A stretch of DNA of 56,391 nucleotides, from IMG/VR virus record IMGVR_UViG_3300032116_000047, one strand, 5' to 3'. A program made the position numbers and the translations under genes. This stretch comes from an uncultured virus (IMG/VR IMGVR_UViG_3300032116_000047). Taxonomy: Duplodnaviria; Heunggongvirae; Uroviricota; Caudoviricetes. The notes below the pieces were generated by a model. The model saw only the letters and a list, made by a program, of their open reading frames with translations, made no database searches and was not told where the DNA came from. Shown piece after piece: positions 40,570 through 49,347 of the stretch (position 1 is the first letter of the stretch; each line of letters opens with the position of its first letter).

Positions 40570-40872
40570 TTAATCTAAATATGAACCGGGTTTATAGTTG
40601 CCTTCTTTTTCAAGTTCTTCAAGTGATTTACTCTTATCTGGACTTCCTATAATTGTTCCAGAAGGAATGCTTCCTTCACCTTTATCAGCATCACGGTCTA
40701 GAATAGAACCAGGTTTGTAGTTGCCTTCTTTTTCAAGTTCTTCAAGTGATTTACTCTTATCTGGACTTCCTATAATTGTTCCAGAAGGAATGCTTCCTTC
40801 ACCTTTATCAGCATCACGATCTAAAACTGATTCTGTAATCACAAACTGTTCAAATTGTTTTAAGTACCTCAT
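40570..40872 (-). CDS. small protein made of a CTS-like leader plus two 41-aa repeats
   Basis: MRYLKQFEQFVITE then (S.LDRDADKGEGSIPSGTIIGSPDKSKSLEELEKEGNYKPG)x2. Confidence 0.8.
   Translation of the reverse strand: MRYLKQFEQFVITESVLDRDADKGEGSIPSGTIIGSPDKSKSLEELEKEGNYKPGSILDRDADKGEGSIPSGTIIGSPDKSKSLEELEKEGNYKPGSYLD
40573..40830 (-). repeat. 123-bp tandem duplication
   Basis: Near-identical units offset by 123 nt (gaacc at 40583 and 40706), with mostly third-position differences. Confidence 0.9.
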
Positions 40873-40886
40873 AATAAATATAAAAT

Positions 40887-40904
40887 TTTAATATATATAT
40901 TAAA
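40887..40904. promoter_or_regulatory. palindromic bidirectional TAATATATA element
   Basis: Perfect palindrome TTTAATATATATATTAAA in the 34-nt gap between two divergent CTS-like genes. Confidence 0.65.
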
Positions 40905-40906
40905 TA

Positions 40907-42262
40907 ATGAAACTTAAAAGATATTTACAATTTATCAAAGAATCTCTAAAAGAAGATTTAGAGTCAGGTAAAATCTGGGAATTAGATGAAGACCAAATTC
41001 GTGAGTATCTAATAGAATTAGATGATGCTGGGTATTTAATCACAGTAAATTTTGGTTTTGTAAAAAGAAAAACAATACAATATTACAATAAAAAATCAGT
41101 TGAAAAAGATATTTATACTGAAAATATAGTTGCTGGTGAAGAAATAAGACCAGCTTATAATATAGTAATAGAGAAATCAAGACATTTAAGTAAAGAAGAT
41201 GTAACAGACGCTTTTAAGTTTGCTTGTTCAATAATAGAAGGAGAAGGAGATTGTGATATTTCAGTTAGAGACTCACAAGGTGATTTAGGCGATGTTGAAG
41301 GTATTGTAATTAAAGGTGGTTTTTTCTATACAGATAATTGGAACTCATCTGAACCCGAGTTGTTAGAAACTGAAGACCATATTGAAATTTTCGCTAAACA
41401 AAGAAACACAATCAAAGTAAAGCCAACAGATTTAGAAGAGTATTATGGATGGACTGTTGAAGTAAAAAAAGAAGGTCAATTGTGGGCTGAAATGGATTTA
41501 GAAGATTTAGCTGATTTTATAATTTCTAAAAGAAGTGATTATAGAGAATCTTTAATTAAAGGACAAGAGTATATGTGGGATTATTATGATCTATCAAATT
41601 ATTATCCAGAAATAAACTCACTTTTTCAATATGATTTAGATAGTGAGAATAAAACACTTTTAGTTAAAGCTTTAATAAAGGAAATGGGTGGATATGAAAA
41701 TACTATTGGACATATTGGAGATGAATGTGATAATGATGTTTATGAAATGGTAAAAGAAATGTCTGAAGAAGAATTGATTGAATATTTAACTAATGAAAGA
41801 TTTAATGAGACACTAAAACAATTAGTAAGAAGCTCAGATGTATTTACTGAAATTAAATCTGATGTTGCTAACTGGGAAATGTCAGCTCATTGTGACGATA
41901 ACTATGACGAAATAATAAGTAATTTTGATAGAATTGTTAGTGATGAACTGGGTCAATTTGAGAAAGTAGAAAAAGAAGTAACTAAACACTACACAACAAA
42001 AGATGCTCAAGGAAATCAAACAAGAAAAGAATATAAAGATAATGTTACTTATTATCAATTTCCTTATAGTAACGATTGGATTTCAGATATAGATTCTGAA
42101 TACCTATTTAATAAAGATTTAGATGAATTGTTTAGAGACTTTGTTAGAGAATCAAATATTGATAGAAACTTAAATCCAAGAATCTCTGATTACGGAAGCG
42201 TTAATAAAGAAGATATGAATAAAGATATTAAAGCTTATCTAACAAGATACTTATCTACTTAG
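40907..42262 (+). CDS. acidic hypothetical protein, putative head protein
   Basis: N-terminus MKLKRYLQFIKES; 451 aa, D/E-rich. Confidence 0.75.
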   Translation: MKLKRYLQFIKESLKEDLESGKIWELDEDQIREYLIELDDAGYLITVNFGFVKRKTIQYYNKKSVEKDIYTENIVAGEEIRPAYNIVIEKSRHLSKEDVTDAFKFACSIIEGEGDCDISVRDSQGDLGDVEGIVIKGGFFYTDNWNSSEPELLETEDHIEIFAKQRNTIKVKPTDLEEYYGWTVEVKKEGQLWAEMDLEDLADFIISKRSDYRESLIKGQEYMWDYYDLSNYYPEINSLFQYDLDSENKTLLVKALIKEMGGYENTIGHIGDECDNDVYEMVKEMSEEELIEYLTNERFNETLKQLVRSSDVFTEIKSDVANWEMSAHCDDNYDEIISNFDRIVSDELGQFEKVEKEVTKHYTTKDAQGNQTRKEYKDNVTYYQFPYSNDWISDIDSEYLFNKDLDELFRDFVRESNIDRNLNPRISDYGSVNKEDMNKDIKAYLTRYLST

Positions 42263-43183
42263 AAATATATCTGAGAAATCTTCATCACTCATTCTCTGAG
42301 TTAGCCATTTCCAATCTATAAGAAGTGCTTCATCTTCAAACCAAATCTCTTTAGCATCGAGTCTTGTTCTCGCCCATCTAATCCTATCACTAACACCACC
42401 AAATGTTAGTAAACTAAAGTTATTAAACTCAGGACTTAAGAAATGGTTTAAGTTTTCTAAAAGAGTCTTATCATTATCATAAACAATACCTTTACCAATA
42501 ACAAAGAATAAATTCTTATTAACTGCAGTTCTATTTTGAGGAACATCCCAAATAAAATCCTCTTGTAAATACTTTTTATCTAAATAAGGTAAAAGATTTG
42601 ACCAGTTTTTATCATCAGTCAATTCTACACCATTTAAGTCACCCACCATCTTTATAATTAAACTAACCCATTTAGAAAGATATAAAGTTTTTGTCTTAAA
42701 TGAGTCCCAGATATCATCTTTAGGACACAATCCAATTTTTGTAGTATCATAGGGAATAATTAAATAATCATCTGTTCCACCATGCGTAAAGGCTCTACCG
42801 TGGGAAGCTCCAATAAGACATTTATTTCTTTTAGGATATTCAGACCAAGACTCTAAGTTAGAAAGAAGTAAGTTGTGCCAATTACCCCATTCTGACCACG
42901 GAGCCACTCTTTCAATATTAGAATCTTTTGGATTTGTAAAAACAAATTGACCTAGGTTTTCGGGAAACTTTCTAAATATAAAGAATTTCTTTCCACTTTT
43001 GACTTCTCTACCATTTGAGAATTGTCTAATGACCTCTAAAAATTGACTGCAGTTACTATGTAAGAGTTGTTTAAATTCTTCTTTACCAATCTCATTTAAG
43101 GGTATTGTATTACTCGGTACTAAATAGGTTTGACCACCTCTTTTTAATTCAATAAATGACTCAAATGCTTTTAGATGTTTCAT
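42251..43183 (-). CDS. hypothetical protein with CTS-like N-terminus, possible ADP-ribosyltransferase-like fold
   Basis: MKHLKAFESF; FIFR...YPKRNKCLIGAS...YLIIP...KEIW spacing is reminiscent of R-S-E ARTs (inference). Confidence 0.55.
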   Translation of the reverse strand: MKHLKAFESFIELKRGGQTYLVPSNTIPLNEIGKEEFKQLLHSNCSQFLEVIRQFSNGREVKSGKKFFIFRKFPENLGQFVFTNPKDSNIERVAPWSEWGNWHNLLLSNLESWSEYPKRNKCLIGASHGRAFTHGGTDDYLIIPYDTTKIGLCPKDDIWDSFKTKTLYLSKWVSLIIKMVGDLNGVELTDDKNWSNLLPYLDKKYLQEDFIWDVPQNRTAVNKNLFFVIGKGIVYDNDKTLLENLNHFLSPEFNNFSLLTFGGVSDRIRWARTRLDAKEIWFEDEALLIDWKWLTQRMSDEDFSDIFLSR

Positions 43184-43749
43184 ATTTTTAAATATTCCTT
43201 CAACTTCATCAACATATAATCAGTAATCAAATCAGATGAATTTACAGAGTTGATATATTTAACATCAACTTTTACTGATTTGCTTTTTGCTTCTTCTTCA
43301 GAACCATCACCCTTAGCAATTACTTCGTGGTAATCTCTTTCATTAAGTGGTAAAATAAACGGATAGTATCTATTAGTATGACCTTTTGTCATGAAAAGAG
43401 GTTTTAATTCTTCTTCAATTTGAAAATCTTCTCTTAAAACAAAACCAGCTTCTTCTTCTAATTCTCTTAAAAGTGCTTGTTGTGGAGTTTCACCAGTTTC
43501 AATACCACCACCTACAACAGTTGCGTGAAATTCCTGACCAGTTACATACTTAAAAGTTGGAATATACTCATAACGAAGAACCATTTGATTTGATTCAATT
43601 AAATAAGGAATACAAACTACAACGTCTCTTTCTTTTATTATTGACCAATCTTCGTATTTTACGACTTTTAATTTACCATCTTCGTATTTGATTTCATCAT
43701 CTGGTTCGTTGAAATCATTTTTAGGTCTAAGTTTTGAGAATTTTTCCAT
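43180..43749 (-). CDS. NUDIX hydrolase
   Basis: Nudix box GGIETGETPQQALLRELEEEAG. Confidence 0.92.
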   Translation of the reverse strand: MEKFSKLRPKNDFNEPDDEIKYEDGKLKVVKYEDWSIIKERDVVVCIPYLIESNQMVLRYEYIPTFKYVTGQEFHATVVGGGIETGETPQQALLRELEEEAGFVLREDFQIEEELKPLFMTKGHTNRYYPFILPLNERDYHEVIAKGDGSEEEAKSKSVKVDVKYINSVNSSDLITDYMLMKLKEYLKI

Positions 43750-43751
43750 AA

Positions 43752-44426
43752 TTATATTGATAGTTTTCCAACTATTTCTCCTTTTTTATCTTCAGATGTC
43801 ATATATCCTTTTCCAAGAAGAGCGTCAGGCATCGCCGGTATTCTTTCATTACCACCCGCAAATGCATAAACTTTCCAATCAGATGGTTTAAAATTTAACT
43901 TTTTACAAATCCAATCCTTTAGATACGATTGAAATTTAAGACCACTTTTATTACCTAAATCATTCAAGTAACTTTCAAAATTAGAAAATGGTATCATGAC
44001 TCTAATAGGTTTTTCTAAATCTTTTATATTAACACTTTGTTGTGTTCCATTAACGTCTTGTGTGAAAATAAATTCAAAATTAGGATAATCTTCTGGTTTT
44101 ATCTCCATTAATCTCCTTACATTCAACTGTTGTTCATATTTATCTATTTCGAAACCTATCTCAAAGTAGTGGGAGCGAGCGGAACCATCTTGGTAATCTC
44201 TAGCTATAATAGTCCATTCTGTCTCACCCTCCATTCCTTTAATGATATCACAACCTTTATAATAAACATCAAATATTTTATAGATAATTTCTATTGGGTT
44301 TTCTGGAGACAAAATAGCATTTCCATCATATGCATATCCATCAATTAATTGCACAGTAAAATTTGAGTTATTTTCAAATACACGTTGTTTATTTGAAATT
44401 TCTATGAATTTTTTTAAATACTTCAT
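43752..44426 (-). CDS. hypothetical protein with CTS-like N-terminus
   Basis: MKYLKKFIE; TAATATATA at 44448-44456. Confidence 0.7.
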   Translation of the reverse strand: MKYLKKFIEISNKQRVFENNSNFTVQLIDGYAYDGNAILSPENPIEIIYKIFDVYYKGCDIIKGMEGETEWTIIARDYQDGSARSHYFEIGFEIDKYEQQLNVRRLMEIKPEDYPNFEFIFTQDVNGTQQSVNIKDLEKPIRVMIPFSNFESYLNDLGNKSGLKFQSYLKDWICKKLNFKPSDWKVYAFAGGNERIPAMPDALLGKGYMTSEDKKGEIVGKLSI

Positions 44427-44476
44427 AATACTATTTTTTTTATAAAATATATATTAATATAAAAAAATTGCTTTTA

Positions 44477-45112
44477 CTAATACTTGTAGTTCTTAGTTGC
44501 TTTTCTACATTTAATTTGGCTCTTAACATTGTTCATTTCTGAACTACCCACTTCAAGTCTAGCATTTCTTCTTTTCATCACCAAACCTTCAATAATATCA
44601 ATTGTGGTCAATTTATTATACAATTCATTAAATCCAGTCAAATAAGATTTAACACGATAAACATTTTCTGAAATACCAAACAAATATTCTTTTTCACAAT
44701 TTCTTTGGTCATATAAATTATCCAAAAGTTGAACTCTTTCTTCAAAGGTTTTACCAACAAGATAATCACCATCATAACAAAGAATATCAAAAATAACAAA
44801 CTTGTGGTTGAAAGGTTGTCCAGTTTCATCCATCTTATTTTTATTGAGATATTCACAATTTAGTATCATCCAACCTCCGGCTCCTCTATAAAGAGAAAGA
44901 ATTTCTGAGTCATCAACTCTCACATTGGTAAGTCGTTGATTATGTCGATTCATTACAATAACTTTCTTACCATTGGTATATATCATTGAATTTGAACCAT
45001 TAATTTTTGGCTGAGCTAAAAGACTTTGATTGTCCCAAAAATTTAAATCATCTGGGGAAATAGCATTTCGAGGTCTCGGAGGGAAAATATATCGATAGTT
45101 AAGATATTTCAT
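44477..45112 (-). CDS. minimal ATP-dependent ligase-type nucleotidyltransferase (adenylation domain only)
   Basis: Motifs I QPKING, III LNCEY, IIIa FVIFDIL, IV EGLVMK, V QIKCR. Start moved to ATG 45112, just after a TATATTTG promoter. Confidence 0.85.
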   Translation of the reverse strand: MKYLNYRYIFPPRPRNAISPDDLNFWDNQSLLAQPKINGSNSMIYTNGKKVIVMNRHNQRLTNVRVDDSEILSLYRGAGGWMILNCEYLNKNKMDETGQPFNHKFVIFDILCYDGDYLVGKTFEERVQLLDNLYDQRNCEKEYLFGISENVYRVKSYLTGFNELYNKLTTIDIIEGLVMKRRNARLEVGSSEMNNVKSQIKCRKATKNYKY

Positions 45113-45116
45113 ATCA

Positions 45117-45124
45117 CAAATATA
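45117..45124 (-). promoter_or_regulatory. Bacteroidota-type -7 element TATATTTG
   Basis: TAnnTTTG 4 nt before the ligase ATG. Confidence 0.65.
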
Positions 45125-45148
45125 CAAAATATATTTTATTATAAAAAT

Positions 45149-45319
45149 TTATTGTATTGATTTTTCTATCAGAGATTCTATAAAATCCTTTATAGTAATA
45201 TCTTTACCATCTATATGATTTTTTAATCTCTCATATAAATCATTAGTAATTCTAATACTCTTATGTGATTTATTATACTTATCACTATAGGTTTTTTTTG
45301 ACTCGTAAACTTTTTTCAT
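45149..45319 (-). CDS. 56-aa ribbon-helix-helix-like DNA-binding protein
   Basis: Manual translation ...HKSIRITNDLYERLKNHIDGKDITIKDFIESLIEKSIQ; alternating beta strand plus two helices; not in the ORF track. Confidence 0.65.
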   Translation of the reverse strand: MKKVYESKKTYSDKYNKSHKSIRITNDLYERLKNHIDGKDITIKDFIESLIEKSIQ

Positions 45320-45383
45320 TTTTTCTATGGAGGGAAATGTGGTTATTTTATATATAATAATATAAAAAATAAATAAATTGTTT

Positions 45384-46070
45384 ATGATGATTTGTAAAAA
45401 TTGTGGATTAGAAAAAGATACCTCTGAATTTTATAAAGGAAAAGGTAATTGTAAGTCTTGCATAAAAGATTATAATAAAAATTATTATAAAAATAATTAT
45501 TCATATTTCAAAGATAAAAGAGATAAATGGAACGAAGAAAATAGAGAATACAGAAATGAATATGCTATAAATACATATCATAATAATAAAGAGTATTATT
45601 CTAATAAAAGCAAAGAATATAGAAAGGAAAATAGAGAAAAATTAAATGAAAACAAAAAAGAATGGGATAGAAATAGACCAATTGAAGAGAAACGAAAATA
45701 TAGAAATGAATACGCTTTAAAAAAGAAAAAAGAAGATCCAGTTTATAATCTTAAATGTCTTATGAGAAGTTATGTTTCTTCTACTTTAAAAAATAAAGGA
45801 TATAAGAAGAGTTTAAAAACAATACAAATTTTAGGTTGTTCATTTGTAGATTTCAAAATCTATTTAGAATCAAAATTTGAGGATTGGATGACATGGGAAA
45901 ATAAAGGATTATATAACGGAGAAATAAAGTATGGATGGGATATAGACCACATTATACCACTATCGTCAGCAGAGACAGAAGAGGATGTAATAAAATTAAA
46001 TCACTATACTAATTTACAACCACTTTGTAGTAAATTAAATAGAGATATCAAAAAGAATCAAATTTTCTAA
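45384..46070 (+). CDS. HNH (homing) endonuclease with N-terminal CxxC..CxxC
   Basis: CKNC...CKSC, charged linker, WDIDHIIPLSSA...NHYTNLQPLCSKLN; oriented opposite to its neighbours. Confidence 0.85.
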   Translation: MMICKNCGLEKDTSEFYKGKGNCKSCIKDYNKNYYKNNYSYFKDKRDKWNEENREYRNEYAINTYHNNKEYYSNKSKEYRKENREKLNENKKEWDRNRPIEEKRKYRNEYALKKKKEDPVYNLKCLMRSYVSSTLKNKGYKKSLKTIQILGCSFVDFKIYLESKFEDWMTWENKGLYNGEIKYGWDIDHIIPLSSAETEEDVIKLNHYTNLQPLCSKLNRDIKKNQIF

Positions 46071-46602
46071 AGATAATTTCCAAATCTCTATAATGTTTAT
46101 GAACTCTTGTCATTCCCATTTTAGCAGTAATTATTTCTAAAGGATGTTGTAACTTAAGTGTAGTTCCTTCAAAATCAAACTCAATATATTTAGCACCATT
46201 ATCTTTAAAGAAATCAACTTCATACTCTTTTGTTTTTGAGAAAAAACCAGGTTTATATTTAAATACGATATAACCAAGTCGATTATCCATTCCTTCTTCA
46301 TCATCACCTAAATATGTATTATTATTGATATACCCAGAGTATCTATTTTCATCTTTGATAAGTATATCTATGTCATTGATATCTCTATGAATAAGACCCA
46401 ATAGAGTAAGTGCAATAGAACCCGAAATTATGTCATTTGGAAATTCTTTTTTTATAAAAGACAATCCTGTATGATATTTTTTTACCACATCTTTATTGAC
46501 CGAAAAATTAAGTTCATTTTGAATAAGTTTCAGTTTGAAATCTCTAAATTCTGGCAACAAATCTCTTTGTTGGTGGTTTTGTCTAGTAATATAGATTGAC
46601 AT
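46048..46602 (-). CDS. Pol-beta superfamily nucleotidyltransferase
   Basis: IISGSIAL...RDINDIDIL (GS plus DxD), third Asp in EVDFF, C-terminal KHYRDL. Confidence 0.8.
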   Translation of the reverse strand: MSIYITRQNHQQRDLLPEFRDFKLKLIQNELNFSVNKDVVKKYHTGLSFIKKEFPNDIISGSIALTLLGLIHRDINDIDILIKDENRYSGYINNNTYLGDDEEGMDNRLGYIVFKYKPGFFSKTKEYEVDFFKDNGAKYIEFDFEGTTLKLQHPLEIITAKMGMTRVHKHYRDLEIIFRKFDSF

Positions 46603-46615
46603 AAAAATAAATTAG

Positions 46616-46686
46616 AGGTTGGAGATAGAATTTCACTACCGTAAAGGACTTTGCCGGTCCTCGCCTAGATGCTCGGCCATCCAACC
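46616..46686 (-). tRNA. tRNA-Cys(GCA), atypical, no encoded CCA
   Basis: Acceptor GGTTGGA/TCCAACC plus discriminator U, D stem GCC/GGC, anticodon arm AGGAC-CGGCAAA-GTCCT, T arm GGTAG-TGAAATT-CTATC. Confidence 0.85.
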
Positions 46687-46693
46687 GTGTATA

Positions 46694-46834
46694 TTAAGAA
46701 TTGATTTCTTGTTTTAACTCTTCCATTAAAAGTTGATAATTATAATCTTCAACCATTACTTGAAAGTCATAAAAATTAACGAAATCCATTGCTGGATTTT
46801 CTAAATAATCATTTGTAATTGTCGTAGTGTCCAT
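46694..46834 (-). CDS. 46-aa acidic microprotein
   Basis: MDTTTITNDYLENPAMDFVNFYDFQVMVEDYNYQLLMEELKQEINS; A-rich leader downstream of a TATCTTTG promoter. Confidence 0.6.
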   Translation of the reverse strand: MDTTTITNDYLENPAMDFVNFYDFQVMVEDYNYQLLMEELKQEINS

Positions 46835-46849
46835 AATTTTTTATTTTTA

Positions 46850-46857
46850 CAAAGATA
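46850..46857 (-). promoter_or_regulatory. Bacteroidota-type -7 element TATCTTTG
   Basis: Intergenic TAnnTTTG ahead of the microprotein-tRNA-NTase unit. Confidence 0.65.
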
Positions 46858-46866
46858 AAAAATTAT

Positions 46867-47292
46867 TTAGTCTTTACCAATAACTGAATCAATTTTTTCC
46901 AATCTTTTTATAACTCCACTATAATTAGAAACTTCTTCAGCTAACTTCTCACACTCAGAAATTACATACTCTTTCGTTCGATAGATGCCATCAAAATGTG
47001 GAAAGGATGGACAAAGATCACCTGCATGAGCACAATCAAAACCAATAATCCATCCACCATCTCCTTCATCCGAATAGGTTAATCCACCATGTACATGAAC
47101 ATTAATTTTTGAATATAGTTTATCGTAATCTAAACCATAAAGTTTATTATCCGATGTCAAAACAACATAACCACATAGAGCTTGAGATGTATTTCTTCTT
47201 ATGCAACATTCAACTTCTAATCCGTTTTTAGCGCTATAAGTCCAATCGTGATAATCACCTTCAGATTTTATTATTTCATTAATATTTTTCAT
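46867..47292 (-). CDS. conserved phage protein (CGYV / HGGLTY / GFDCAH family) with C-terminal RxxKI tag
   Basis: LCGYV, VHGGLTYS, WIIGFDCAHAGD; ends KRLEKIDSVIG. Confidence 0.8.
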   Translation of the reverse strand: MKNINEIIKSEGDYHDWTYSAKNGLEVECCIRRNTSQALCGYVVLTSDNKLYGLDYDKLYSKINVHVHGGLTYSDEGDGGWIIGFDCAHAGDLCPSFPHFDGIYRTKEYVISECEKLAEEVSNYSGVIKRLEKIDSVIGKD

Positions 47293-48104
47293 ATGTTAAA
47301 AATCATTTCTCCGTTTTCACTTAATTGACAGACAAAAGAGAATAGTGTCTGTTTATAACCAGAAAATCTTGGCTTTCTTGGCGGATTGACTCCTTCAAAC
47401 TTTGACCATAGATTTAAATCTATTATCTCAAATGAGTCAATCAAAACTTTTACTACTGCGTAGTCTTTGTGATTTGGAAAAGATAGTAAAAGTATTTGAT
47501 CTTTTTTATATTCAGATTTTGTAGTTATTGAAATTCTTTTCTGAAGCCTTACTGCATCAAAATGGTTTAGTATATTTACATTAAGAAGGCTATCTAAAAA
47601 CTCACTGTTATTTGTTGGTAAAAACAAATTAGTATTTTGTTTAGTAAATTTTATATATTCTCCATTTTCAAAGTCTTCAGTTGGCGGAATTATTTGCCAT
47701 CTTTGTCCAGTTTTATTATCAAACTCAAAAAATATTCTTAAACAGTCACACAAATAAGAAAATGTTTTTGGAGCCTTTTCTTCTAAAGAAGCAAGTCCGG
47801 TTCCATATCCATTTTTAGAAAGAACTATTCTATTACCCTCTAATAATTTGGATTTTATAAGTAGTACATCTTCTAAAATTTTTTGACAATTTGCATCATA
47901 TTCATTATCATTATAGTAAGATCTTGGGGAAATTGACGGACTTTTTTTAGTTCTTATTCCGATTACATTATCAAGACCTCGTATCACCGCTTGACCACCT
48001 CTTCCTACTCTTTGGTCATTATCACCAAAGATATAAATTTTTTGTGGATTACTATTTACTAAATCAGTACTCCAATTACCTTCAAATATTTCTACGCCTC
48101 TCAT
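47289..48104 (-). CDS. hypothetical protein with N-terminal FGDN...GGQA domain (possibly macrodomain-related)
   Basis: IYIFGDNDQRVGRGGQAVIRG...IGIRTKK...GYGTGLA is a recurrent phage motif; the fold call is inference. Confidence 0.65.
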   Translation of the reverse strand: MRGVEIFEGNWSTDLVNSNPQKIYIFGDNDQRVGRGGQAVIRGLDNVIGIRTKKSPSISPRSYYNDNEYDANCQKILEDVLLIKSKLLEGNRIVLSKNGYGTGLASLEEKAPKTFSYLCDCLRIFFEFDNKTGQRWQIIPPTEDFENGEYIKFTKQNTNLFLPTNNSEFLDSLLNVNILNHFDAVRLQKRISITTKSEYKKDQILLLSFPNHKDYAVVKVLIDSFEIIDLNLWSKFEGVNPPRKPRFSGYKQTLFSFVCQLSENGEMIFNI

Positions 48105-48438
48105 ATAAATCTCCCAACGTTGGTTTTTTTATTACATCCCATTTATCTTCTCCTAAAAGATAATCTATTTTAAGCTGTCTTAATTTAGATTTTGAGTATA
48201 TTGACATCATATCTATATATGATCCCATATTCATTCTTTCAAGTGTGACACGAATTCCTCTTTTACTGACATAATCTCGATAGATAGTATCTATATAATC
48301 ATATTCATAGTCCTCATAATAGTAATAGTCATGATAGTCTTCTCCATCATACCAATAGTAAAACCAACTATCATAGTATTGACTATTTTCTTTGTCAATA
48401 TCATTACCTATTATATCCCATTTACTCTTTTTCATCAA
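48082..48438 (-). CDS. Tyr/Asp-rich hypothetical protein with RxxKI tag
   Basis: YYDSWFYYWYDGEDYHDYYYYEDYEYDY; LRQLKIDYLLG. Confidence 0.7.
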   Translation of the reverse strand: MMKKSKWDIIGNDIDKENSQYYDSWFYYWYDGEDYHDYYYYEDYEYDYIDTIYRDYVSKRGIRVTLERMNMGSYIDMMSIYSKSKLRQLKIDYLLGEDKWDVIKKPTLGDLYERRRNI

Positions 48439-48769
48439 CTAATTTACCCAATCTCCAATCTCTTACATTTATTTTAAAATCCTCAAATGAATGAGAATTA
48501 GACATTATTTCTATTTTAGTATTTATTTCTTCTATTAAGTCTTTTAATTCAGAGTCTCTTACTCTACCCCACCCATCATAAACACAAACTATTTCGTCTC
48601 TTTTAGATGCAACAAACCACATTGTTGCGTTTTTATAGATATCTAAATATTTTTGAGTTTGTTGAATATACTCAATTCCTGATTGACGAGGCTTACCATC
48701 AACGTTAATATAAACTACAAATATAGGGTTATTTAAATCTAACTCCTGACTTTTTTCAGATTGAAACAT
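48422..48769 (-). CDS. hypothetical protein with tag-like C-terminus
   Basis: Ends VRDWRLGKLVD. Confidence 0.7.
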   Translation of the reverse strand: MFQSEKSQELDLNNPIFVVYINVDGKPRQSGIEYIQQTQKYLDIYKNATMWFVASKRDEIVCVYDGWGRVRDSELKDLIEEINTKIEIMSNSHSFEDFKINVRDWRLGKLVDEKE

Positions 48770-48848
48770 AGTTTTTCTTTTTATATTCCAAAAAAGAAAA
48801 AAAGTTAATCTGGAATTTTACGAGAATATAAAAAAAATCAAATAATAT

Positions 48849-49328
48849 TTAATCAATGTGTCTTATATCTTTGTTTGTATATTTAGGTTTCCCATTGTGA
48901 CTCCAAAGTCTTGCAAAAGGAGTAGAAAAAAAATTATTGTAAATTAGTGTATCATCAATATGTAAGTTAATTTCATTATCTTTACAATATTGACCTTTTA
49001 CCTTATCCCAATCTTCATTCTTAAACTTCTTCTGAATTGTTCCATCTGGAAATTGAACTTTCCCAATAACTTCATAGTCTGATTCTTTTAAGTAGTCATA
49101 TACTGAAAACTTATGAGTCCATTTGATACCAAAGTCATTTAATTGTTTCTCGAACTCGACATCCCAACGACCACCTGTTATGATGTGAACTTCTCCTCCA
49201 TTTTTTATAAATGAATCTGTTAGAAAAGAAAAGAAATCCGGCATTGCATCTACCACCCCGTGAATATCCAAACCTAGTTTGAATTTACCCCCCAATTCTT
49301 CGTTTACCATATGAGTAAATTTTTTCAT
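48849..49328 (-). CDS. HAD-superfamily hydrolase-like protein
   Basis: LGLDIHGV, IITG, K, LHIDD motifs; TAATATATA at 49335-49343. Confidence 0.75.
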   Translation of the reverse strand: MKKFTHMVNEELGGKFKLGLDIHGVVDAMPDFFSFLTDSFIKNGGEVHIITGGRWDVEFEKQLNDFGIKWTHKFSVYDYLKESDYEVIGKVQFPDGTIQKKFKNEDWDKVKGQYCKDNEINLHIDDTLIYNNFFSTPFARLWSHNGKPKYTNKDIRHID

Positions 49329-49347
49329 AGAAAGTATATATTAAATA

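Noticed and set aside
40573..40830. 123-bp duplication as a DGR template/variable repeat
   Set aside because: In-frame tandem copies with mostly synonymous differences that are not adenine-specific; no RT nearby.
45113..45127. TTG start for the ligase given in the ORF track
   Set aside because: It overlaps the TATATTTG promoter element; ATG at 45112 fits the 4-nt spacing seen at other promoters.
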